Assembly (NCBI RefSeq): GCF_009914755.1
Contig: NC_060948.1
Length of the DNA stretch: 64,000 nucleotides
Direction: 5' to 3' (one strand)
Source of the DNA: the human T2T-CHM13v2.0 reference genome, Homo sapiens
In this document: positions 1 to 14,177 of the stretch, piece after piece
Layout: every line of letters begins with the position of its first letter
Position numbering within the stretch: position 1 is the stretch's first letter
Translations under genes and position numbers: made by a program
The notes under the pieces: model-generated
What the model saw: only the letters and a program-made list of their open reading frames with translations
The model's database searches: none
Told to the model about the DNA's origin: nothing

Positions 1-227
1 ACCCCTAATTCCGTCACCATGGCGATAGGGCATAAACATTGCTGGGTGAGGGCACAATCCACATTGTGAGGTCCAACTGCTGCCAGGAAGACAGGAGTGC
101 TTTTACATAGACCGAAAGGTCATTGAAGGCTCAGAGTTTTGTTTCAAGAACTGAATCCCAAGCCCACACGTGATTAGGCTGCGCTTCTTAAAACAAGTTA
201 TGAGATGGGAAAAAGGGCACCCACAAA

Positions 228-1787
228 CATACGTATACATTATGTATATAATAATATACAGTATCATATATATAATATATATAACCTATGTATAATATTG
301 TTTTACATCCTGCATCTTATGTTATATATATTGTATAAAATATAATAATTGATAATATATAAGTTTTATAATTATACAATATGACATATAGTATATATTA
401 TAATTTATGGCATATATAATATATGTTATATATCATATATAGAATATATTATACGGTTAATATACGTATTAAATATAAATTATACATTATATATATTATA
501 TATAATATATCTGTTATATATAATACCCATTATGCATAATATATATATTATGTCTATGTTATATATAGTATAAAACAACATATAATAATATATAATTGTA
601 TATATAAAATGCGACATATAATATATATTATATTTTATAACATATGTAATATATATTATATATTATATATAATACGTTGTATGTATAATACCTATATTAA
701 ATATATATTATATGACTATGTTATTAATTACATGTCACATGTGTTATATATTATATATTTTACGTAGAATATACCGGTTACATACAATATATACTATGTT
801 ACCTATAATGTATAATTTATTACATGTAAAATAAAGAATGCAATATATTATGTATAATTTATAATATACAATATGTGGAATGTGATATATATAACATATA
901 ATATATGATATATGATATACAGTATATGATATATAACATACAGTATATGATTCCTAATATATATGGTATACAATATATATTTTATGATATGTATTCTATA
1001 TGTTTTATATTCTGTTATATATAACTATTTGAAATTATATATAACTGTATAATATTTTATGTAAATATGTAATATAATATATATAACTATATAATATGTT
1101 ATATATAACTATATATTATGTTATATATACTTTTATAACATAATTTACATAAAATATCATAATATAATATATATTATATTATTTCATATTACATTATATA
1201 TATTACATATCACCCAATATAACTAACATACATAATATTATAATATAGATTATATTGTGTTATATTAAATATCATATATATCATGTATCATATATTCTAT
1301 AATATATATTACACATTATATAATATGTATGTTTTCTATTATGTGATATATATAACTATATATATAATTATATTTTTATACATATAACTAGATAAACATG
1401 TAATTCTACATATTTTCATTTATAATATGTAGAATTATATAATCATATATAATTATTTATATTCTATAAAAAATTTTATCATTATATAAATTATAATATA
1501 TAAAAATTATAATATGTACTACACATATATATATTATATATCATATATGATATAGTACCATTGTTATATATCATAATACATATAAATGTGTATTATGTTA
1601 TCTATAATTATATAATTTCATATATAAGATGTATAATATGTATCATATATTACATATGTTATGTAATATATATAGTATATATAAGATGACACAGGATAAA
1701 TATTATATACTATGACATATAAAATATATGAGGTTATATGTTACATATAAGGCATAGCACATAACATGTAATATATATCATATATAA
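228..1787. repeat. AT-rich low-complexity (degenerate TA/TATAA) block of unit 1; present in every unit
   Basis: Almost entirely A/T with short TA runs and rare C/G; near-identical between units; boundaries approximate. Confidence 0.93.
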
Positions 1788-2079
1788 TTTTTTTTTAGAC
1801 AGAATCTTGTCCTGTTGCACATGGTGGGGTACAATGGCGCCATCTTTGCTCACTGCAACTTCTGCCTCACGGGTCCAAGCGATTGTCCTCCCTCAGCCTC
1901 CCAGGTAGCTGGGACTACACCACACTGGGACTACACCAGCTGCCACCATGCCTAGCTAATTTTTTGGATTTTTAGTAGTGACAGCGTTTCACTGTATTGG
2001 CCAGGATGGTCTTGATCTCTTCACCTTGTGATCCCCTTGCCTTGGCCTCCAAATTTGCTGGGATTACAGGCCTGAGCCA
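1788..2079 (-). mobile_element. Diverged Alu SINE, dimeric, lacking ~12 nt at the 5' end, A9 tail (U1)
   Basis: Antisense Alu motifs: T9-AGAC, GCTCACTGCAAC, CCTCAGCCTCCC, TAGCTGGGACTACA, GCTAATTTTTTG.ATTTTTAGTAG, GGCCAGGATGGTCTTGATCTC, TGCTGGGATTACAGGC.TGAGCCA. Confidence 0.96.
1909..1938. repeat. Short internal tandem duplication in the Alu (CTGGGACTACACCA x2, 16 bp period); fixed in all units
   Basis: CTGGGACTACACCA at 1909-1922 and 1925-1938, separated by CA. Confidence 0.93.
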
Positions 2080-2647
2080 AGATCCATATTTTTTAAATGA
2101 AAAAAAATTTCAAAGGTACTCTGCTTGGTACAATAATCAAATGTATAAACTGAGGAATAAAACATAACCATGAAACCTACTTATAACTGCATATGGAAAA
2201 TACAGAGGATAATTTTTTAAATAACATATTTTGAAAGCCTTAACTAGTAATTTGAAGAGTTGGCATTTGAAAGGCCAGTATGAATATACCTTCAAAGCAG
2301 CAACACAGGTTCCCCATGAGAAAAAGCAAACACAGGGAAAATAAAAACACAAAGGTTCAATCTCTTCTGACCTTTGAAAGACACAGCACAGACAGTGGTC
2401 CTTAGGACGAAGAGCAGGAGACCCCTAATTCCGTCACCATGGCGATAGGGCATAAACATTGCTGGGTGAGGGCACAATCCACATTGTGAGGTCCAACTGC
2501 TGCCAGGAAGACAGGAGTGCTTTTACATAGACCGAAAGGTCATTGAAGGCTCAGAGTTTTGTTTCAAGAACTGAATCCCAAGCCCACACGTTATTAGGCT
2601 GCGCTTCTTAAAACAAGTTATGAGATGGGAAAAAGGGCACCCACAAA
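2080..2647. repeat. HSATI-like moderate-GC segment of the unit; present in every unit between the Alu 5' end and the next AT-rich block
   Basis: Seen: non-Alu, higher-complexity ~570 bp segment conserved in all units. The HSATI name is inferred from the known DYZ2 architecture, not from an alignment. Confidence 0.7.
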
Positions 2648-4184
2648 CATACGTATACATTATGTATATAATAATATACAGTATCATATATATAATATAT
2701 ATAACCTATGTATAATATTGTTTTACATCCTGCATCCTATGTTATATATATTGTATAAAATATAATAATTGATAATATATAAGTTTTATAATTATACAAT
2801 ATGACATATAGTATATATTATAATTTATGACATATATAATATATGTTATATATCATATATAGAATATATTATACGGTTAATATACGTATTAAATATAAAT
2901 TATACATTATATATATTATATATAATATATCTGTTATATATAATACCCATTATGCATAATATATATATTATGTCTATGTTATATATAGTATAAAACAACA
3001 TATAATAATATATAATTGTATATATAAAATGCGACATATAATATATATTATATTTTATAACATATGTAATATATATTATATATTATATATAATACGTTGT
3101 ATGTATAATACCTATATTAAATATATATTATATGACTATGTTATTAATTACATGTCACATGTGTTATATATTATATATTTTACGTAGAATATACCGGTTA
3201 CATACAATATATACTATGTTACCTATAATGTATAATTTATTACATGTAAAATAAAGAATGCAATATATTATGTATAATTTATAATATACAATATGTGGAA
3301 TGTGATATATATAACATATAATATATGATATATGATATACAGTATATGATATATAACATACAATATATGATTCCTAATATATATGGTATACAATATATAT
3401 TTTATGATATGTATTCTATATGTTTTATATTCTGTTATATATAACTATTTGAAATTATATATAACTGTATAATATTTTATGTAAATATGTAATATAATAT
3501 ATATAAGTATATAATATATTATATATAACTATATATTATGTTATATATACTTTTATAACATAATTTACATAAAATATCATAATATAATATATATTATATT
3601 ATTTCATATTACATAATATATATTACATATCACCCAATATAACTAACATACATAATATTATAATATAGATTATATTATGTTATATTAAATATCATATATA
3701 TCATGTATCATATATTCTATAATATATATTACACATTATATAATATGTATGTTGTCTATTATGTGATATATATAACTATATATATAATTATATTTTTATA
3801 CATATAACTAGATAAACATGTAATTCTACATCTTTTCATTTATAATATGTAGAATTATATAATCATATATAATTATTTATATTCTATAAAAAATTTTATC
3901 ATTATATAAATTATAATATATAAAAATTATAATATGTACTACACATATATATATTATATATCATATATGATATAGTACCATTGTTATATATCATAATACA
4001 TATAAATGTGTATTATGTTATCTATAATTATATAATTTCATATATAAGATGTATAATATGTATCATATATTATATATGTTATGTAATATATATAGTATAT
4101 ATAAGATGACACAGGATAAATATTATATACTATGACATATAAAATATATGAGGTTATATGTTACATATAAGGCATAGCACATAA

Positions 4185-4499
<315 letters not shown>

Positions 4500-6604
4500 A
4501 GATCCATATTTTTTAAATGAAAAAAAATTTCAAAGGTACTCTGCTTGGTACAATAATCAAATGTATAAACTGAGGAATAAAACATAACCATGAAACCTAC
4601 TTATAACTGCATATGGAAAATACAGAGGATAATTTTTTAAATAACATATTTTGAAAGCCTTAACTAGTAATTTGAAGAGTTGGCATTTGAAAGGCCAGTA
4701 TGAATATACCTTCAAAGCAGCAACACAGGTTCCCCATGAGAAAAAGCAAACACAGGGAAAATAAAAACACAAAGGTTCAATCTCTTCTGACCTTTGAAAG
4801 ACACAGCACAGACAGTGGTCCTTAGGACGAAGAGCAGGAGACCCCTAATTCCGTCACCATGGCGATAGGGCATAAACATTGCTGGGTGAGGGCACAATCC
4901 ACATTGTGAGGTCCAACTGCTGCCAGGAAGACAGGAGTGCTTTTACATAGACCGAAAGGTCATTGAAGGCTCAGAGTTTTGTTTCAAGAACTGAATCCCA
5001 AGCCCACACGTTATTAGGCTGCGCTTCTTAAAACAAGTTATGAGATGGGAAAAAGGGCACCCACAAACATACGTATACATTATGTATATAATAATATACA
5101 GTATCATATATATAATATATATAACCTATGTATAATATTGTTTTACATCCTGCATCTTATGTTATATATATTGTATAAAATATAATAATTGATAATATAT
5201 AAGTTTTATAATTATACAATATGACATATAGTATATATTATAATTTATGGCATATATAATATATGTTATATATCATATATAGAATATCTTATACGGTTAA
5301 TATACGTATTAAATATAAATTATACATTATATATATTATATATAATATATCTGTTATATATAATACCCATTATGCATAATATATATATTATGTCTATGTT
5401 ATATATAGTATAAAACAACATATCATAATATATAATTGTATATATAAAATGCGACATATAATATATATTATATTTTATAACATATGTAATATATATTATA
5501 TATTATATATAATACGTTGTATGTTTAATACCTATATTAAATATATATTATATGACTATGTTATTAATTACATGTCACATGTGTTATATATTATATATTT
5601 TACATAGAATATACCGGTTACATACAATATATACTATGTTACCTATAATGTATAATTTATTACATGTAAAATAAAGAATGCAATATATTATGTATAATTT
5701 ATAATATACAATATGTGGAATGTGATATATATAACATATAATATATGATATATGATATACAGTATATGATATATAACATACAATATATGATTCCTAATAT
5801 ATATGGTATACAATATATATTTTATGATATGTATTCTATATGTTTTATATTCTGTTATATATAACTATTTGAAATTATATATAACTGTATAATATTTTAT
5901 GTAAATATGTAATATAATATATATAACTATATAATATGTTATATATAACTATATATTATGTTATATATACTTTTATAACATAATTTACATAAAATATCAT
6001 AATATAATATATATTATATTATTTCATATTACATTATATATATTACATATCACCCAATATAACTAACATACATAATATTATAATATAGATTATATTGTGT
6101 TATATTAAATATCATATATATCATGTATCATATATTCTATAATATATATTACACATTATATAATATGTATGTTGTCTATTATGTGATATATATAACTATA
6201 TATATAATTATATTTTTATACATATAACTAGATAAACATGTAATTCTACATATTTTCATTTATAATATCTAGAATTATATAATCATATATAATTATTTAT
6301 ATTCTATAAAAAATTTTATCATTATATAAATTATAATATATAAAAATTATAATATGTACTACAAATATATATATTATATATCATATATGATATAGTACCT
6401 TTGTAATATTTCATAATACATATAAATGTGTATTATGTTATCTATAATTATATAATTTCATATATAAGATGTATAATATGTATCATACATTATAGATGTT
6501 ATGTAATATATATAGTATATATAAGATGACACAGGATAAATATTATATACTATGACATATAAAATATATGAGGTTATATGTTACATATAAGGCATAGCAC
6601 ATAA

Positions 6605-6919
<315 letters not shown>

Positions 6920-9047
6920 AGATCCATATTTTTTAAATGAAAAAAAATTTCAAAGGTACTCTGCTTGGTACAATAATCAAATGTATAAACTGAGGAATAA
7001 ACCATAACCATGAAACCTACTTATAACTGCATATGGAAAATACAGAGGATAATTTTTTAAATAACATATTTTGAAAGCCTTAACTAGTAATTTGAAGAGC
7101 TGGCATTTGAAAGGCCAGTATGAATATACCTTCAAAGCAGCAACACAGGTTCCCCATGAGAAAAAGCAAACACAGGGAAAGTAAAAACACAAAGGTTCAA
7201 TCTCTTCTGACCTTTGAAAGACACAGCACAGACAGTGGTCCTTAGGACGAAGAGCAGGAGACCCCTAATTCCGTCACCATGGCGATAGGGCATAAACATT
7301 GCTGGGTGAGGGCACAATCCACATTGTGAGGTCCAACTGCTGCCAGGAAGACAGGAGTGCTTTTACATAGACCGAAAGGTCATTGAAGGCTCAGAGTTTT
7401 GTTTCAAGAACTGAATCCCAAGCCCACACGTTATTAGGCTGCGCTTCTTAAAACAAGTTATGAGATGGGAAAAAGGGCACCCACAAACATACGTATACAT
7501 TATGTATATAATAATATACAGTATCATATATATAATATATATAACCTATGTATAATATTGTTTTACATCCTGCATCTTATATTATATATATTGTATAAAA
7601 TATAATAATTGATAATATATAAGTTTTATAATTATACAGTAAGACATATAGTATATATTATAATTTATGACATATGTAATATATGTTATAAGTCATATAT
7701 AGAATATATTATACGGTTAATATACGTATTAAATATAAATTATACATTATATATATTATATATAATATATCTGTTATATATAATACCCATTATGCATAAT
7801 ATATATATTATGTCTATGTTATATATAGTATAAAACAACATATAATAATATATAAATGTATATATAAAATGTGACATATAATATATATTATATTTTATAA
7901 CATATGTAATATATATTATATATTATATATAATATGTTGTATGTATAATACCTATATTAAATATATATTATATGACTATGTTATTAATTACATGTCACAT
8001 GTGTTATATATTATATATTTTACATAGAATATACCGGTTACATACAACATATACTATGTTACCTATAATGTATAATTTATTACATGTAAAATAAAGAATG
8101 CAATATATTATGTATAATTTATAATATAACATATGTGGAATGTGATATATATAACATATAATATATGATATATGATATACAGTATATGATATATAACATA
8201 CAATATATGATTCCTAATATATATGGTATACAATATATATTTTATGATATGTATTCTATATGTTTTATATTCTGTTATATATAACTATTTGAAATTATAT
8301 ATATCTCTATAATATTTTATGTAAATATGTAATATAATATATATAACTATATAATATATTATATATAACTATATATTATATTATATATTCTTTTATAACA
8401 TAATTTACATAAAATATCATAATATAATATATATTATATTATTTCATATTACATAATACATATTACATATCACCCAATATAACTAACATACATAATATTA
8501 TAATATAGATTATATTATGTTATATTAAATATCATATATATCATGTATCATATATTCTATAATATATATTACACATTATATAATATGTATGTTGTCTATT
8601 ATTTGATATATATAACTATATATATAATTATATTTTTATACATATAACTAGATAAACCTGTAATTCTACATATTTTCATTTATAATATGTAGAATTATAT
8701 AATCATATATAATTATTTATATTCTATAAAAAATTTTATCATTATATAAATTATAATATATAAAAATTATAATATGTACTACAAATATATATATTATATA
8801 TCATATATGCTATAGTACCTTTGTTATATATCATAATACATATAAATGTGTATTATGTTATCTATAATTATATAATTTCATATATAAGTTGTATAATATG
8901 TATCATATATTATATATGTTATGTAATATATATAGTATATATAAGATGACACAGGATAAATATTATATACTATGACATATAAAATATATGAGGTTATATG
9001 TTACATATAAGGCATAGCACATAACATGTAATATATATCATATATAA

Positions 9048-9339
9048 TTTTTTTTTAGACAGAATCTTGTCCTGTTGCACAGGGTGGGGTACAATGGCGC
9101 CATCTTTGCTCACTACAACTTCTGCCTCACGGGTCCAAGCGATTGTCCTCCCTCAGCCTCCCAGGTAGCTGGGACTACACCACACTGGGACTACACCAGC
9201 TGCCACCATGCCTAGCTAATTTTTTGGATTTTTAGTAGTGACAGCGTTTCACTGTATTGGCCAGGATGGTCTTGATCTCTTCACCTTGTGATCCCCTTGC
9301 CTTGGCCTCCAAATGTGCTGGGATTACAGGCCTGAGCCA
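9048..9339 (-). mobile_element. Alu copy within repeat unit U4
   Basis: Same antisense Alu motifs as U1. Confidence 0.95.
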
Positions 9340-11443
9340 AGATCCATATTTTTTAAATGAAAAAAAATTTCAAAGGTACTCTGCTTGGTACAATAATCAA
9401 ATGTATAAACTGAGGAATAAAACATAACCATGAAACCTACTTATAACTGCATATGGAAAATACAGAGGATAATTTTTTAAATAACATATTTTGAAAGCCT
9501 TAACTAGTAATTTGAAGAGTTGGCATTTGAAAGGCCAGTATGAATATACCTTCAAAGCAGCAACACAGGTTCCCCATGAGAAAAAGCAAACACAGGGAAA
9601 ATAAAAACACAAAGGTTCAATCTCTTCTGACCTTTGAAAGACACAGCACAGACAGTGGTCCTTAGGACGAAGAGCAGGAGACCCCTAATTCCGTCACCAT
9701 GGCGATAGGGCATAAACATTGCTGGGTGAGGGCACAATCCACATTGTGAGGTCCAACTGCTGCCAGGAAGACAGGAGTGCTTTTACATAGACCGAAAGTT
9801 CATTGAAGGCTCAGAGTTTTGTTTCAAGAACTGAATCCCAAGCCCACACGTTATTAGGCTGCGCTTCTTAAAACAAGTTATGAGATGGGAAAAAGGGCAC
9901 CCACAAACATACGTATACATTATGTATATAATAATATACAGTATCATATATATAATATATATAACCTATGTATAATATTGTTTTACATCCTGCATCTTAT
10001 GTTATATATATTGTATAAAATATAATAATTGATAATATATAAGTTTTATATTTATACAATATGACATATAATATATATTATAATTTATGACATATATAAT
10101 ATATGTTATATATCATATATAGAATATATTATACGGTTAATATACGTATTAAATATAAATTATACATTATGTATATTATATATAATATATCTGTTATATA
10201 TAATAACCATTATGCATAATATATATATTATGTCTATGTTATATATAGTATAAAACAACATATAATAATATATAATTGTCTATGTAAAATGCGACATATA
10301 ATATATATTATATTTTATAACATATGTAATATATATTATACATTATATATAATACGTTGTATGAATAATACCTATATTAAATATATATTATATGACTATG
10401 TTATTAATTACATGTCACATGTGTTATATATTATATATTTTACATAGAATATACCGGTTGCATACAATATATACTATGTTACCTATAATGTATAATTTAT
10501 TACATGTAAAATAAAGAATGCAATATATTATGTATAATTTATAATATACAATATGTGGAATGTGATATATATAACATATAATATATGATATATGATATAC
10601 AGTATATGATATATAACATACAATATATGATTCCTAATATATATGGTATACAATATATATTTTATGATATGTATTCTATACGTTTTATATTCTGTTATAT
10701 ATAACTATTTGAAATTATATATAACTGTATAATATTTTATGTAAATATGTAATATAATATATATAACTATATAATATATTATATATAACTATATATTATG
10801 TTATATATACTTTTATAACATAATTTACATAAAATATCATAATATAATATATATTATATTATTTCATATTACATAATATATATTACATATCACCAATATA
10901 ACTAACATACATAATATTATAATATAGATTATATTGTGTTATATTAAATATCATATATATCATGTATCATATATTCTATAATATATAATACACATTATAT
11001 AATATGTATGTTGTCTATTATGTGATATATATAACTATATATATAATTATATTTTTATACATATAACTAGATAAACATGTAATTCTACATATTTTCATTT
11101 ATAATATGTAGAATTATATAATCATATATAATTATTTATATTCTATAAAAAATTTTATCATTATATAAATTATAATATATAAAAATTATAATATGTACTA
11201 CAAATATATATATTATATATCATATATGCTATAGTTCCTTTGTTATATATCATAATACATATAAATGTGTATTATGTTATCTATAATTATATAATTTCAT
11301 ATATAAGTTGTATAATATGTATCATATATTATATATGTTATGTAATATATATAGTATATATAAGATGACACAGGATAAATATTATATACTATGACATATA
11401 AAATATATGAGGTTATATGTTACATATAAGGCATAGCACATAA

Positions 11444-11758
<315 letters not shown>

Positions 11759-13862
11759 AGATCCATATTTTTTAAATGAAAAAAAATTTCAAAGGTACTC
11801 TGCTTGGTACAATAATCAAATGTATAAACTGAGGAATAAAACATAACCATGAAACCTACTTATAACTGCATATGGAAAATACAGAGGATAATTTTTTAAA
11901 TAACATATTTTGAAAGCCTTAACTAGTAATTTGAAGAGTTGGCATTTGAAAGGCCAATATGAATATACCTTCAAAGCAGCAACACAGGTTCCCCATGAGA
12001 AAAAGCAAACACAGGGAAAATAAAAACACAAAGGTTCAATCTCTTCTGACCTTTGAAAGACACAGCACAGACAGTGGTCCTTAGGACGAAGAGCAGGAGA
12101 CCCCTAATTCCGTCACCATGGCGATAGGGCATAAACATTGCTGGGTGAGGGCACAATCCACATTGTGAGGTCCAACTGCTGCCAGGAAGACAGGAGTGCT
12201 TTTACATAGACCGAAAGGTCATTGAAGGCTCAGAGTTTTGTTTCAAGAACTGAATCCCAAGCCCACACGTTATTAGGCTGCGCTTCTTAAAACAAGTTAT
12301 GAGATGGGAAAAAGGGCACCCACAAACTTACGTATACATTATGTATATAATAATATACAGTATCATATATATAATATATATAACCTATGTATAATATTGT
12401 TTTACATCCTGCATCTTATGTTATATATATTGTATAAAATATAATAATTGATAATATATAAGTTTTATAATTATACAATATGACATATAGTATATATTAT
12501 AATTTATGACATATATAATATATGTTATATGTCATATATAGAATATATTATACGGTTAACATACGTATTAAATATAAATTATACATTATATATATTATAT
12601 ATAATATATCTGTTATATGTAATACCCATTATGCATAATATATATATTATGTCTATGTTATATATAGTATAAAACAACATATAATAATATATAATTGTAT
12701 ATATAAAATGCGATATATAATATATATTATATTTTATAACATATGTAATATATATTATATATTATATATAATACGTTGTATGTATAATACCTATATTAAA
12801 TATATATTATATGACTATGTTATTAATTACATGTCACATGTGTTATATATTATATATTTTACATAGAATATACTGGTTACATACAATATATACTATGTTA
12901 CCTATAATGTATAATTTATTACATGTAAAATAAAGAATGCAATATATTATGTAAAATTTATAATATACCATATGTGGAATGTCATATATATAACATATAA
13001 TATATGATATATGATATACAGTATATGATATATAACATACAATATATGATTCCTAATATATATGGTATACAATATATATTTTATGATATGTATTCTATAT
13101 GTTTTATATTCTGTTATATATAACTATTTGAAATTATATATAACTGTATAATATTTTATGTAAATATGTAATATAATATATATAATATATAATATATTAT
13201 ATATAACTATATATTATGTTATATATACTTTTATAACATAATTTACATAAAATATCATAATATAATATATATTATATTATTTCATATTACATAATATATA
13301 TTACATATCACCCAATATAACTAACATACATAATATTATAATATAGATTATATTATGTTATATTAAATATCATATATATCATGTATCATATATTCTATAA
13401 TATATATTACACATTATATAATATGTATGTTGTCTATTATGTGATATATATAACTATATATATAATTATATTTTTATACATATAACTAGATAAACATGTA
13501 ATTCTACATATTTTCATTTATAATATGTAGAATTATATAATCATATATAATTATTTATATTCTATAAAAAATTTTATCATTATATAAATTATAATATATA
13601 AAAATTATAATATGTACTACAAATATATATATTATATATCATATATGATATACTACCTTTGTTATATATCTTAATACATATAAATGTGTATTATGTTATC
13701 TATAATTATATAATTTCATATATAAGATGTATAATATGTATCATATATTACATATGTTATGTAATATATATAGTATATATAAGATGACACAGGATAAATA
13801 TTATATTCTATGACATATAAAATATATGAGGTTATATGTTACATATAAGGCATAGCACATAA

Positions 13863-14177
<315 letters not shown>

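Larger units (their letters stand above)
1..2420. repeat. Representative 2420 bp repeat unit (U1, arbitrary phase)
   Basis: Sequence at position 1 recurs at 2421, 4841, 7261 and 9681. Confidence 0.97.

Noticed and set aside
870-885. GGAAT motif suggesting HSat3/DYZ1 sequence
   Set aside because: An isolated pentamer here, not a (GGAAT)n run; no DYZ1 junction or inversion was seen in the window
228-1787. TATA boxes, AATAAA signals, or resemblance to AT-rich organelle/Plasmodium DNA
   Set aside because: Such motifs are expected by chance at this composition, and the block is embedded in a primate Alu-containing unit
1788-2079. Independent Alu insertions or an active 7SL-like RNA gene cluster
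   Set aside because: All copies share the same truncation, internal duplication and flanks, so they were amplified with the unit; no target-site duplications were seen and the promoter boxes are decayed
2137-2477. Recurrent 71 aa and 61 aa minus-strand ORFs (26 copies each)
   Set aside because: They are short, overlap each other, begin at non-ATG codons, have F/L/Y/C-biased composition and no recognisable domain. They recur only because the DNA repeats, and variants include missense changes and a frameshift (U22).
7609-7833. 74 aa + strand ORF (also 43889-44113)
   Set aside because: I/Y/N low-complexity translation of TA-rich DNA; it appears only where a SNP removes a stop codon
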